Assembly (NCBI GenBank): GCA_965215125.1
Contig: OZ244052.1
Span: forward strand, 896,001-960,000
Direction of reading: 5' to 3'
Source: an uncultured candidatus Porisulfidus sp.
GTDB lineage: Bacteria > Pseudomonadota > Gammaproteobacteria > Poriferisulfidales > Oxydemutatoraceae
DNA length: 64,000 nt
Shown: one piece after another, positions 1 through 9,338 of the stretch
Numbering within the stretch: position 1 is the first letter of the stretch
Layout: each line of letters opens with the position of its first letter
Notes under the pieces: generated by a model
The model's input: only the letters and a program-made list of their open reading frames with translations
Told to the model about the DNA's origin: nothing
Databases searched by the model: none
Position numbers and translations under genes: made by a program

Positions 1-2
1 CC

Positions 3-254
3 GATGCAATCAAATCGACCGATATAGTTTGGGGAGATGAGACCATACGCGAATTCGTAAAGGCACCGCGCACTTATATCGCCGGTACAAAAATGATTTT
101 TATAGGTATCAAAGACGATAAGGTGATAGATGACTTATTGGCTTATCTAAAATCGGTCACAGGTGCCGAAACCGGTTCCGAGACTTCCGATACCGAGACC
201 TCGGATGCCGGCTCCGCCGCCGAGATGTCTCCGACCGAAGCGACTGTAGAATAG
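3..254 (+). CDS. Class I cytochrome c (c2-like), C-terminal part, 5'-truncated by window edge
   Basis: Manual translation from nt 3: ...DIVWGDETIREFVKAPRTYIAGTKMIFIGIKDDKVIDDLLAYLKS...; the W...P...GTKM-x-F-x-G pattern carries the axial Met; acidic Ser/Thr tail, stop TAG 252-254. Confidence 0.85.
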   Translation, partial: DAIKSTDIVWGDETIREFVKAPRTYIAGTKMIFIGIKDDKVIDDLLAYLKSVTGAETGSETSDTETSDAGSAAEMSPTEATVE

Positions 255-274
255 TTTTTTATTACTTAAAGTTA

Positions 275-590
275 ATTCCCCTCCTGTGGAGGGGTGGCAG
301 GCGCAATAGAACCGCCGTTTGTTGCAAATAATCGTTCCTTGTTGCAGTAGCACAAGGAACATCACCTTATACAAGATTCAGCTATTTATGGCTGTTAGAA
401 ATAATACGAATAGCAAAGACAAACGGCGTGACATTGTGCAGAACCATAGCATATATACAAAATGTATGCCTTTTCATGGGGTGGTTGCTAAGGGTCTGTA
501 CAAGGTGCAGTGTCGGTACATTCCCCTCCTTCGGAGGGGTGGCAGGCGTAGCCTGACGGGGTGGTTGTGTGGTATCTGTACCAGTTAATT
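275..590. repeat. Mosaic intergenic palindromic repeat (REP/MITE modules)
   Basis: Two TTCCCCTCCT(GT/TC)GGAGGGGTGGCAGGCG hairpins; ~296-445 nearly identical to ~19582-19731. Confidence 0.9.
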
Positions 591-608
591 CCCTCCCTGA
601 TTTTTTCA

Positions 609-1145
609 TTAACAACCCTCCATGTATTCGTTTTTAAGAGACACATAAATCTCTGCCGAATAAACAAGAAACTCTCTGTCCATTGCGCTGAGTTTACGGA
701 TTTTCTTTATCGGCGAACCCAACCATAAATAACCTCCCTCGATTATTTTGCCCGGTGGTACCAAGCTGTTGGCACCTATCATCGCCTCACTGCAAACTAC
801 GGCACCGTCTAAAACCGTGCTACCCATACCGATCAACGAAGTATCTTCTACAGTACAAGCATGCAATATGCAGCGATGTCCTACCGTGACCTCGTTGCCT
901 ATCGTCAAATGATAGCCGTCGGGAACATAAGAACTTTGATTGACGATATGCAAAACACTACCGTCTTGTATGTTAGTACGATTGCCTATCGTGATAGTCA
1001 TATCCATATCACCGCGCACCACGCTTGCATGCCACACCGAACTGTCTTCTCCGATAACGACATCGCCGATGATATCGGCACTTTCGGCGATATACGAGGA
1101 CTCGGAAATGCGCGGATAAATATTCTTATAAGGTCTTATAGGCAT
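609..1145 (-). CDS. Gamma-class carbonic anhydrase family protein (YrdA-like)
   Basis: Hexapeptide repeats, RGD...IGNRTNIQDGSVLH, VTVGHRCILHAC motifs. Confidence 0.9.
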   Translation of the reverse strand: MPIRPYKNIYPRISESSYIAESADIIGDVVIGEDSSVWHASVVRGDMDMTITIGNRTNIQDGSVLHIVNQSSYVPDGYHLTIGNEVTVGHRCILHACTVEDTSLIGMGSTVLDGAVVCSEAMIGANSLVPPGKIIEGGYLWLGSPIKKIRKLSAMDREFLVYSAEIYVSLKNEYMEGC

Positions 1146-1174
1146 AATATTGTGCTAATAGCATTGATATAGGT

Positions 1175-1999
1175 CTACCGTTTGCGGCGTGTGCCCAACA
1201 CACCGCGGCGGGGGTCGTAACCGTACACCGCCATCGTCATGAATAGTACGGCAACACCTACAACGATTAGGAAAGCCTGAGTGTTGAACTCCGAGTAAAG
1301 TGAAAAGCGGATCAATTCGACGATATGGGTGAACGGGTTGTATAAACAAATATCGTGCAGTAGCACGCTGGACTCCTTGATGCGCCACAAAGGATAAAGT
1401 GCCGAAGAGGCAAAAAACATCGGGAATATAACGAAATTCATAATTCCGGCAAAGTTTTCCAACTGTTTGATCACCGACGATATGAATAACCCGATGGCAC
1501 TCAACATAAACCCGGTCAGCAGCAATGTCGGCAGCAGTGTTAAATAACCTAAAGTGGGCGGGCGTATTTCCCAGAACCAGGCGATTGCAAGAAACACATA
1601 AACCTGTAGTATCGAGATGACGGTGCCTGCCAATAATTTATTGACCAACAAAAACCAACGCGGTGCCGGGCTAGTCAGTAGAATTCTCATGCTACCCATC
1701 TCGCGATCGTAGACCATAGACAAAGAAGTTTGCATCCCACTGAACAACTGAATCATACCGATTAATCCGGGCGTAATGTATTCCTCGTAAAGCACATAGG
1801 TTTGATAGGGTGGAATAATAGATACACCCAATACCGAGCGAAAGCCGGCAGCGAATATGAACAGCCACACCAAGGGACGTACCAACGCAGCCACAAAGCG
1901 TTCGCGTTGTTGCAGGAAGCGTAATATTTCGCGCTCGACGATGCCCAAGAAAAAATAAAAATAGCTAAGTAGCGTTAATTTTGCAGCACTTTGATTCAT
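1175..1999 (-). CDS. ABC-2 permease of PQQ-alcohol dehydrogenase-associated (PedC-like) transporter
   Basis: REILRFLQQRERFVAALVRPLVWL, SLSMVYDREMGSMR, FPMFFASSALYP; operon context. Confidence 0.88.
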   Translation of the reverse strand: MNQSAAKLTLLSYFYFFLGIVEREILRFLQQRERFVAALVRPLVWLFIFAAGFRSVLGVSIIPPYQTYVLYEEYITPGLIGMIQLFSGMQTSLSMVYDREMGSMRILLTSPAPRWFLLVNKLLAGTVISILQVYVFLAIAWFWEIRPPTLGYLTLLPTLLLTGFMLSAIGLFISSVIKQLENFAGIMNFVIFPMFFASSALYPLWRIKESSVLLHDICLYNPFTHIVELIRFSLYSEFNTQAFLIVVGVAVLFMTMAVYGYDPRRGVLGTRRKR

Positions 2000-2006
2000 C
2001 GCTATC

Positions 2007-2729
2007 CTATAGAAGTTCGGCTAATTTTTTTCTCATCGCAATGGCTTCGTCGGTGTCGGTGAGTTGTTCGGCACTGCCGCGCAGCGCGATACTACCTTTT
2101 TTGAGTATCAACATGCGGTCGTCGGCTTGAACCTCGTCGAGCAGATGCGTAGTCCATAATACCGACAAACCTTCGCTGCACATTTTGCGTACATGCTTGA
2201 TAATCAGTTCACGGCTCTGCACATCCAAACCCACGGTGGGTTCGTCTAAAATCAGTAATTTGGGTTTGTTGATTAGGGCGCGTGCAATTTCTACGCGTCT
2301 CACTTGTCCGCCGCTGAGATACCTGATTTTGGTGTCCATTCGATCGGTCATTCCGATACGCTCAAGTTCTCGGGTAGCGCGCGCCATGCCTTCCTTCGAC
2401 GACAAACCGTACAAATGCGCCGAGTACTTAAGATTTTGGCGTACGCTTAGATCCATGTCCAGAGAGCGTTGCTGAAAGACCACACCGAGTTGCAATAAGG
2501 CTTTGGATGGTTTTTTGTGCATCGCACAACCGCAGATAGAAATTTGCCCACGACGGCTATGGTAAAGACCGGTAATCAGAGAAAATAATGTTGTCTTCCC
2601 GGCACCGTTGGGACCTAATAGTATGGTGAATTGACCGGCGGAAACCGAGAAGCTAATCGCATCGAGTGCCTTGATTGTTCCGTAGTTATAGCTAACTCCG
2701 TCAACTTTTAGAATTTCTTGCAAAGACAA
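2007..2729 (-). CDS. ABC ATP-binding protein (PedB-like)
   Basis: Walker A GPNGAGKT, LSGGQ signature, LILDEPTVGLD. Confidence 0.9.
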   Translation of the reverse strand: MSLQEILKVDGVSYNYGTIKALDAISFSVSAGQFTILLGPNGAGKTTLFSLITGLYHSRRGQISICGCAMHKKPSKALLQLGVVFQQRSLDMDLSVRQNLKYSAHLYGLSSKEGMARATRELERIGMTDRMDTKIRYLSGGQVRRVEIARALINKPKLLILDEPTVGLDVQSRELIIKHVRKMCSEGLSVLWTTHLLDEVQADDRMLILKKGSIALRGSAEQLTDTDEAIAMRKKLAELL

Positions 2730-2789
2730 TGTATCACCACTAATTCAAATTATAGAAACACGGCGCACCATGAAGCACGCATAAGATAT

Positions 2790-3300
2790 TATTTCATAAG
2801 CAAGCTATTATACATAACTCAAAGTACCGTTCGGAATAACCACAACCGCTCGCGTGCAGATACGCTGGGGCCGTTGAAAAAGTACTGTGTTTGCACAATT
2901 GCAACCGCTTTGCGCCACATAATTATCCAACCCACCTGTAGGGGCAGACCTGTGTGTCTGCCCTTAAGTACCGTTCTGCACGATACCAACCGCTTGCGCC
3001 ATATGGTTTTGGTTTCCATAAATCGGGTGGATTAATGTATAAATCTTGCAGATATGACACAACCACCCCGTCAGGCTTCGCCTGCCACCCCTCCGAAGGA
3101 GGGGAATGGACCACCCCGTCAGGCTGCGCCTGCCACCCCTCCACAGGAGGGGAATGTACCGATACCATACTGGTACAGATCCGATGCGACCACCCCGTGA
3201 AAAGGCTTACATTTTGTACCATTAAAGTTTTGCACAACGTTACGCCGATTGACCTACTGGCTCAATCGGCGATTCTATGCAACAAACGGCGGTTCTGCTG
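2790..3300. repeat. Mosaic REP/MITE cluster interrupting the ABC operon
   Basis: GTAGGGGCAGACCTGTGTGTCTGCCC GTAG-type REP (~2938-2963), two ACCACCCCGTCAGGC..GCCTGCCACCCCTCC..AGGAGGGGAA copies, GCCGATTGACCTACTGGCTCAATCGGC palindrome. Confidence 0.9.
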
Positions 3301-3307
3301 GTTCCAA

Positions 3308-4288
3308 TCAGCTGTCTTTGATTGCTACACCCCAAGGATAACTTCCGACCGCTATAGATTTTATTACCTTTTGGCTTTCAATATCTATAACCGAGATATC
3401 GTTGCTGACACCGTTCGTCGTATACACTCTGGTTTCGTCGGCATTGAAATCCAACTGCCAGACCCGTCTGCCGACCAATAGATATTTCTCCACTTCAAGG
3501 TTTTGTACATCTACTACGGCAACACGGCTCGCAGGTCCTAGTGCCACGAATGCGTACTTGTCGTCATCGGTGATGCGCACGCCGACCGGCTGTATTTCTT
3601 CTTTCTTCAGACCGGGGATCGAAAATTCAATGTCCTTTATTATTTTAGGGTTCTTTGCGTCGATCACGCTGACCGTGCTGCCGAGTTCGGCCGACACCCA
3701 GACCTGCTTGCCGTCGTGTGTGAATTCGGCAAAACGCGGGCGTGTTCCGACCAGCACATTAGCAGTCAATTCGCGGCTTCCGACATCCAGAAAGTGTGCC
3801 ATATTGCTCGTCTCCGATGTAACAACAACTGTTTTGCCGTCGGGACTAACGCCCACACCTTCGGGCTCCTCACCGACCTCTATTTCCGCAACGATTTTTC
3901 TCGCTGCGATATCAACGATCGAAACTTTGGCATCATCCTCGTTGGCAACATAGATCGTCGTGTTGTCCGGAGAAATTGCCATCAGTTCGGGATCGGGGCC
4001 GGAAGGCAAATTGCCGATTATTTCATGGGTAGCCAAATCAAGTATTTGGATTGTATCGTCGTCGCTTGCACAGATATAAAGAAACTTTTGCTCTCTACCC
4101 ATGATAAGCCCACGCGGCCGTTGCCCAACCTTGACGGTTTTAATCACTTCTAGTGATTCACCGTCGATAATACTGAGCGTATTATCCTTTTCGTTGGAAA
4201 CATAAATCGTTTCGGCAAACAAAAGTGGACTACACATGATAAGCGTAAAAAATACCATCCGCTTCAGATTACTTAAAAAATAAGACAT
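3308..4288 (-). CDS. YVTN beta-propeller repeat protein, PQQ-catabolism associated (PedA2-like)
   Basis: Signal peptide; YVSNEKD, YVANEDD, YTTNGVS repeats; GGAGG RBS before ATG 4288. Confidence 0.9.
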   Translation of the reverse strand: MSYFLSNLKRMVFFTLIMCSPLLFAETIYVSNEKDNTLSIIDGESLEVIKTVKVGQRPRGLIMGREQKFLYICASDDDTIQILDLATHEIIGNLPSGPDPELMAISPDNTTIYVANEDDAKVSIVDIAARKIVAEIEVGEEPEGVGVSPDGKTVVVTSETSNMAHFLDVGSRELTANVLVGTRPRFAEFTHDGKQVWVSAELGSTVSVIDAKNPKIIKDIEFSIPGLKKEEIQPVGVRITDDDKYAFVALGPASRVAVVDVQNLEVEKYLLVGRRVWQLDFNADETRVYTTNGVSNDISVIDIESQKVIKSIAVGSYPWGVAIKDS

Positions 4289-4302
4289 TTTATTACCTCC
4301 TG

Positions 4303-5538
4303 TCATCGTTTAACTTCATTGAGTTTACACTCTACTTCGTAGTCATCAAAACCCATTGTATCCAACTGGGATCTTTGATGAAGAAACTGGTTTTGAGGGG
4401 AAACCGAAACTAGTGAAGTCGGCGACACCAGTAATATCGGCTGGCGTAGTTGTTGGTTCCAAGGGCGGAATGTCATCGGTTGTCCCTTATATCCCGCTAA
4501 TTCGAATTTGTCGCTGATGATATACGCTGCTATATCGTTGCTGTCTACCGATTGCGAGCGAGTGACGGCTTCGCTTATGCTGCGTATTGCCGACCATACA
4601 CCGTAATCTTTTTCCGACATATAGCGTTCAAAGTTGTTGTGAAAACGTTTTTGTATTTGTGCCGCCCCCCACTGTTCGTGCGCTCTGTGCCAAGCGACCG
4701 GCATCAATCCTTGCGAACCTACCACCACCGAAGGTTTCCAAGTCCGATACATCAGGTATTCGCCGAATTCTCCGACCATATCGGCAACGACCAGCACATC
4801 GTAGTCCGGTGCATCTTGAGTAAAGACCGGCACGGTGGAAGCTGCGGTGCGGCGCATATCGGCGGTATCAAAGTCCCATTTTTTCTCGGCCACGATTTTT
4901 CCACCGAACTTTTTCGCTGCGCGCCGCAATGCTGCCGCAAAACCGGCATCCGATTTTCTCTTCCCTTCTATCAAAAACCATCTGTTCCATTTTTTCACGA
5001 TTAGATATTGAGCGAGTGCGTCGGCGCGCATCGCATGACTCGGTGTGAAGTGAAAGATATTTTTTCGGCATTGTTCGGTGCGTAGAAAATCGTCGTCTGC
5101 GTCGATATTATAAAACCACGATTGTTTGCCTTGTTCCGAATCGGCCGTGGCAAGCAACTCTTCGGCATCCAGATTGACGACGAAATGTCGTATGCCTTGC
5201 TTGAATAAATCGTCCAAAGCTTTTGCCGGATCGTCGTTCTCCCCGAGGATGGCCGATTTGAGCGTGTAGTTATGACCTAAGAATTTTCCGGTCGTATTGC
5301 TATCTTTTATACCTTGCATACCACCGAGCAGACCGTCATCTTCGGGCGGTAGTTCTATATTGGACATTTTGGGCAATACTTCGGTCTCTTTTTTGATATA
5401 GGCAATGTCAATATTTTTGACGGTTTGTTGGGCAATCGCCGTTGCGGTAAATCCGAATAGGCAAATCATCGCAAGGACATATTGCATCAGCCACCGTGGA
5501 TATTGAGGCTGTGATAAGAAGGGTTTGTTGTGACGCAT
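4303..5538 (-). CDS. ABC substrate-binding protein, PQQ-ADH system (PedA1-like)
   Basis: DSNTTGKFLG, MRADALAQYL, HEQWGAAQ, FRPWNQQLRQPILL, LDTMGFD motifs; operon context. Confidence 0.88.
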   Translation of the reverse strand: MRHNKPFLSQPQYPRWLMQYVLAMICLFGFTATAIAQQTVKNIDIAYIKKETEVLPKMSNIELPPEDDGLLGGMQGIKDSNTTGKFLGHNYTLKSAILGENDDPAKALDDLFKQGIRHFVVNLDAEELLATADSEQGKQSWFYNIDADDDFLRTEQCRKNIFHFTPSHAMRADALAQYLIVKKWNRWFLIEGKRKSDAGFAAALRRAAKKFGGKIVAEKKWDFDTADMRRTAASTVPVFTQDAPDYDVLVVADMVGEFGEYLMYRTWKPSVVVGSQGLMPVAWHRAHEQWGAAQIQKRFHNNFERYMSEKDYGVWSAIRSISEAVTRSQSVDSNDIAAYIISDKFELAGYKGQPMTFRPWNQQLRQPILLVSPTSLVSVSPQNQFLHQRSQLDTMGFDDYEVECKLNEVKR

Positions 5539-5577
5539 GGTAGTATCCTAAATATTTAGAGAGGGGACATAACTTGC

Positions 5578-6438
5578 TTACAATTCAAATTCTAAGCCGA
5601 TGCCGGCCCATGTTTGATCGTCATATTCTCCTTCTGCATCCTCGTTGTTGCGTTCGCGGCGGAGATTTTCCTCGGCAAAGGAGTGTGTAGCATACGCCCC
5701 CAAACTAACCGAGTCGGTCAACGGTACGGTGACCGCTAAACCAATAAGTATGTTGTTTAGTCCGTCGTATTCATCGGTAACATAACCGAAATCAATCAAG
5801 GCACCTACATAAGGTTCTATGCTGAAACGCTCCATCTCTATTTCTCTTGCCAGTTCAACTTCAACCATACCACCGTCCGCTTCTGTAGAGTATGTATAAG
5901 ACAAGTCCGGATTAATCTCAAAGGGCAAACATCCGTCGCATGAGAGGCTTAGGAAAAACTCGTGATCGTTAGGTTCTTCCTCTTCTTCGTCTTCATCCAT
6001 GTCACCGTCACCGTTCCCGTTCTCTTCCTCCTCGTCTCCTTCATCCTCATATACCCAGGTATAGCCGAGTGTCATGCTGTAGTCATTCCACTCCCACTCC
6101 TTACCTACGGTTAACTCGGATTCGCGAAAACTGCCCGACTCTCCTAGTTCTAGAACTACTAACTCGGCTCCGATAAAGAAACTCGGCACTTCAAAATCTC
6201 CGATTTCCAATCCTTCAAATTCAACCTCAAGCTCCGGTGTGAATACGGCGCGCCCCGGCACCTCAACGATACCTTCTTCTACAAATCTGTTGCTAAAAAA
6301 TAATTCTAACTCGGCGGAAATACCCTCTTCGTCATCGTCGTCATGATTGTCTGCATGAACGAACGAACTAAAACTAAGAACGATGAGAGACAAGCCGACA
6401 CATAAAAGATAAAGTAATCTTTTCTTGAAATTAAACAT
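5578..6438 (-). CDS. Putative outer-membrane beta-barrel (porin-like) with poly-acidic segments
   Basis: RBS GAGGAG before ATG 6438, signal peptide, amphipathic beta-strands, C-terminal WAGIGLEFEL; D/E tracts DDDDEEG and EDEGDEEEENGNGDGDMDEDEEEEE. Confidence 0.7.
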   Translation of the reverse strand: MFNFKKRLLYLLCVGLSLIVLSFSSFVHADNHDDDDEEGISAELELFFSNRFVEEGIVEVPGRAVFTPELEVEFEGLEIGDFEVPSFFIGAELVVLELGESGSFRESELTVGKEWEWNDYSMTLGYTWVYEDEGDEEEENGNGDGDMDEDEEEEEPNDHEFFLSLSCDGCLPFEINPDLSYTYSTEADGGMVEVELAREIEMERFSIEPYVGALIDFGYVTDEYDGLNNILIGLAVTVPLTDSVSLGAYATHSFAEENLRRERNNEDAEGEYDDQTWAGIGLEFEL

Positions 6439-6748
6439 CTTAGACTCCTCAAAAATTAAAAAATGTGCGTGACTATGTGCATAAATATGACATGACAATT
6501 GAACTTCGTAGCATAGCATATATAGCCGTGTAGTATAACAATCAATTAAGGCATGGAACAAGCGATAACGCAAAAAAAACAAAAAAAACGATATATAAAA
6601 TAAATTATGATTTTGCGCGAATAAAGGGTGATATCTGCACAATCACCAGCTAAAAACTCTAAATAGAGTAACCCCTCGGATGATTATCAATCTATCGCTA
6701 TCGGTTCATGCTACAATTTAAGTTTCTAATCTGAAAGGCATACCATAA

Positions 6749-7474
6749 ATGATAGATAACAAACTCAATTATCCGCATTTACTATTGTTGCAGTGGCTTA
6801 TTTTCATTTTTGTTTTAACATTCTTTACATGGTTGGCGTGGCAGCAAGGCGTAATACAAGATGTTCTAAAAACGGATCCGACCAGACTCTCTTTGATAAT
6901 CATGCTGATTTTTATCGTCGGCACTATCCATTGTGCGATACGCAGTGTGTTCTTGTCGCGACAATTAAACGAATTAGGAAAAATCATCAACGCACCGGGC
7001 AAATTACATTTTGCCGATAACCGCTTATATTTTGATAATCAAGTGCTAGCTTCGTCGTTGATAGCCGATTATTTGGTCGGCGTTTTTCGTTACCGCCAAT
7101 CGTTGGCCGATCAAGCCGGCGCGCAGCAAGCATCCAAACTTGACGAAGTATTAAGCGAGCACGCCAACGGCTCGCACGAAAGCGGGTGGTTTTTTTCGCA
7201 GTTGTTGATCAAGCTGGGATTGCTGGGAACCGTCATTGGTTTTATACTCATGCTGAAATCGCTATCTAGTTCGTCGTTGTCCGATGTTTCGCAAGTTTAT
7301 GTGTTATTCGGTGATATGGCACAAGGTATGAGAGTAGCACTCAACACCACATTAACCGGGTTGCTCGGTGCGATGTTGCTCGGGCTGCAATATCTGATGT
7401 TGGATCGTGGTGCCGATCGCTTGTTATCCGGTGTAACCCATTTCGCCGAGACTTACCCCGAGACGACCGAGTAA
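6749..7474 (+). CDS. MotA/TolQ/ExbB proton channel family protein
   Basis: Four hydrophobic helices; KLGLLGTVIGF and GMRVALNTTLTGL motifs. Confidence 0.88.
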   Translation: MIDNKLNYPHLLLLQWLIFIFVLTFFTWLAWQQGVIQDVLKTDPTRLSLIIMLIFIVGTIHCAIRSVFLSRQLNELGKIINAPGKLHFADNRLYFDNQVLASSLIADYLVGVFRYRQSLADQAGAQQASKLDEVLSEHANGSHESGWFFSQLLIKLGLLGTVIGFILMLKSLSSSSLSDVSQVYVLFGDMAQGMRVALNTTLTGLLGAMLLGLQYLMLDRGADRLLSGVTHFAETYPETTE

Positions 7475-7494
7475 AAATTCTTTTCCCAGATACG

Positions 7495-8106
7495 ATGGCT
7501 TTTAAGCGACAGGCACGAACCGCACTTGCGATGGATCCTTTCACCGATTTACTATTCAATGTGTTGCTGGTGTTTACTTTTTTATTTATGGTTGCAATTA
7601 TTTTTTTAAATCCGACATCCAAGGACGGCAATGTAGAATTAAAAGCCGAATATATTATTACGGTCAAATGGCCCGATCAAAGTCCGGACGATGTCGATAC
7701 ATGGGTAGAGGATCCGCAAGGACATCTTGTTTGGTTTAATAATAACGAGGCTGGTTTTATGCATTTAGATCGCGACGATCGCGGCACGAGCAACGATACG
7801 ATAATGGTTGACGGCAAAGCAGTCGTCAATCCCTTGAATCAAGAAATAGTAACGCTCAGAAAACCGATCCCGGGCGAATACACCGTCAACCTACATTACT
7901 ATAAATCCAATACCAAGAAGCCGGTAACCGCCGAGGTGACCGTGTCTAAGGTGAACCCGTGGCTTGAAATCGTCTACTACGGTGAAGTACTACTGGAGGC
8001 AACCAACTCGGAACGCACCGCAGTACGGTTCAGCGTCAAAGAAGACGGCAGCGTAGGCGAAATCAATACGCTACCGAAGTCTTTGGTTACCGTGGAGCCG
8101 ATATGA
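7495..8106 (+). CDS. ExbD/MotB-like single-pass partner with periplasmic beta domain
   Basis: DPFTDLLFN: Asp at the start of the only TM helix, directly after a MotA/ExbB gene; DDVDTWVEDP and LDRDDRG motifs. Confidence 0.65.
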   Translation: MAFKRQARTALAMDPFTDLLFNVLLVFTFLFMVAIIFLNPTSKDGNVELKAEYIITVKWPDQSPDDVDTWVEDPQGHLVWFNNNEAGFMHLDRDDRGTSNDTIMVDGKAVVNPLNQEIVTLRKPIPGEYTVNLHYYKSNTKKPVTAEVTVSKVNPWLEIVYYGEVLLEATNSERTAVRFSVKEDGSVGEINTLPKSLVTVEPI

Positions 8107-8615
8107 GTGCCGCGCTTATCGCAATCGTCACCGCTTATGTTGCGCTTGCGGTTTTGCTGCTGGGGTTATGTCTTTATTCGAGATGGCCGGTATGGGTTAA
8201 GGGAGGCGCGATCGTCTTGACCGGCTTTTTTTATTATGCAACCTATTTCTCTTTGCAGGGCTTGCTCGGGTGGCCGACACAAACCGATTTGCCCGTTGAA
8301 TTTATTTTATTGGCAGGCAAAGTAGAAGAACCCGCAGAAAAAAATAAAGACGGCGGTGCAGTCTATCTGTGGGCATTGCCGTTGGATGAAGAGAAAATCA
8401 AAGGTATGCCTCGCGCGTATAGAATGCCGTATTCCAAGTCTCTGCACAATAAAGTCGCCGCAGCCAATAAGAGGTTGCGCCGCGGTATCCCTCAAGTCGG
8501 CAAGCTCAAGAATGTCATCGTGCCGCAGCCGGGCATGGGTCGGACTTTGCTTGTGGAGCCTACACAACGCATTGACATTTACGACTTTCCCGACCCCGAA
8601 TTGCCCGACAAATGA
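8103..8615 (+). CDS. Hypothetical membrane protein (2 TM plus soluble domain)
   Basis: ATGA overlap with upstream gene; two N-terminal TM helices. Confidence 0.75.
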   Translation: MSAALIAIVTAYVALAVLLLGLCLYSRWPVWVKGGAIVLTGFFYYATYFSLQGLLGWPTQTDLPVEFILLAGKVEEPAEKNKDGGAVYLWALPLDEEKIKGMPRAYRMPYSKSLHNKVAAANKRLRRGIPQVGKLKNVIVPQPGMGRTLLVEPTQRIDIYDFPDPELPDK

Positions 8616-9328
8616 ATACCACGATGCTGTTTAGAATTTGTACGGTTGCGGTTGTTGCCGCGTGTATGGTTGCCTGCGACCGTGGCAAAGAAATGACTAG
8701 CAGCTATTTTCCGTTGCAACAGGAATTGGAATGGAACTATCTGGTTGTGAGTGAAACCCCTTATGATCGCAACGAAAGCGAACTGAAAATTGACAACGCC
8801 GGAATTTGGGAAGATAAAAATAAGCAGTACCATGTCCGTAGAACGAATACCGGAAACTACTACTATATACAAGACCGCAACGACGGCATTGTGCGAGCGA
8901 CAAAACGGACAATCGTCGAGGCTTACCCGCGTCTGGGCGTTGCCGAGCGTTATATAATCAAATATCCCGTGCAAGCAGGCACGCAGTGGTCGCATAAGGC
9001 CAAGCCTTATCTACTCGCTCGGCATACCCCTACCAGCAACGAACTCAAACAGATCGTCAATTACACAATGGATTGGGAGATCGTCGGCAACGACGCAAAG
9101 ATATCGGTGCCTGCGGGTGAATTTGAAAATTGTCTTCATATTCAAGGTAAGGCTTTGGTTGAGGTGCCCCGATCTCTGGGTGTTGCCACGGACGAAGTTT
9201 GGTTTGAAACCAATGAATGGTACGCACCGAATGTGGGGTTGATAAAACTCGTCCATGAAGAGAAAGCGTATTCCGACCAAGCATACGGTGGTTCCATATC
9301 GCTGGTTTTAATGTCTTTTAACGATTGA
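8612..9328 (+). CDS. Hypothetical lipoprotein
   Basis: ATGA overlap; lipobox-like MVAC; beta-rich with SVPAGEF and WYAPNVGLIK motifs. Confidence 0.75.
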   Translation: MNTTMLFRICTVAVVAACMVACDRGKEMTSSYFPLQQELEWNYLVVSETPYDRNESELKIDNAGIWEDKNKQYHVRRTNTGNYYYIQDRNDGIVRATKRTIVEAYPRLGVAERYIIKYPVQAGTQWSHKAKPYLLARHTPTSNELKQIVNYTMDWEIVGNDAKISVPAGEFENCLHIQGKALVEVPRSLGVATDEVWFETNEWYAPNVGLIKLVHEEKAYSDQAYGGSISLVLMSFND

Positions 9329-9338
9329 GAGGTTTGAT

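Noticed and set aside
2819-3481. ORFs in repeat clusters (2954-3481, 2923-3237, 319-588, 13285-13467, 19669-20437, 35092-35286)
   Set aside because: They are translations of palindromic repeat modules; the same peptides recur in different frames and have no RBS or domain
3402-5071. Antisense and alternate-frame ORFs over well-supported genes (here and throughout the window)
   Set aside because: Shadow ORFs of conserved coding sequences with no motifs
6439-6642. N-terminal extensions in the ORF track (also 10596-10865, 11748-11798, 29917-29979, 47566-47595)
   Set aside because: Downstream ATGs have an RBS, signal peptide or gene-overlap support; the extensions run through promoter DNA or neighbouring genes
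6749-8615. Zorya defence system or flagellar MotAB
   Set aside because: No long ZorA tail, no OmpA-like peptidoglycan-binding domain, and no ZorC/D/E or flagellar genes
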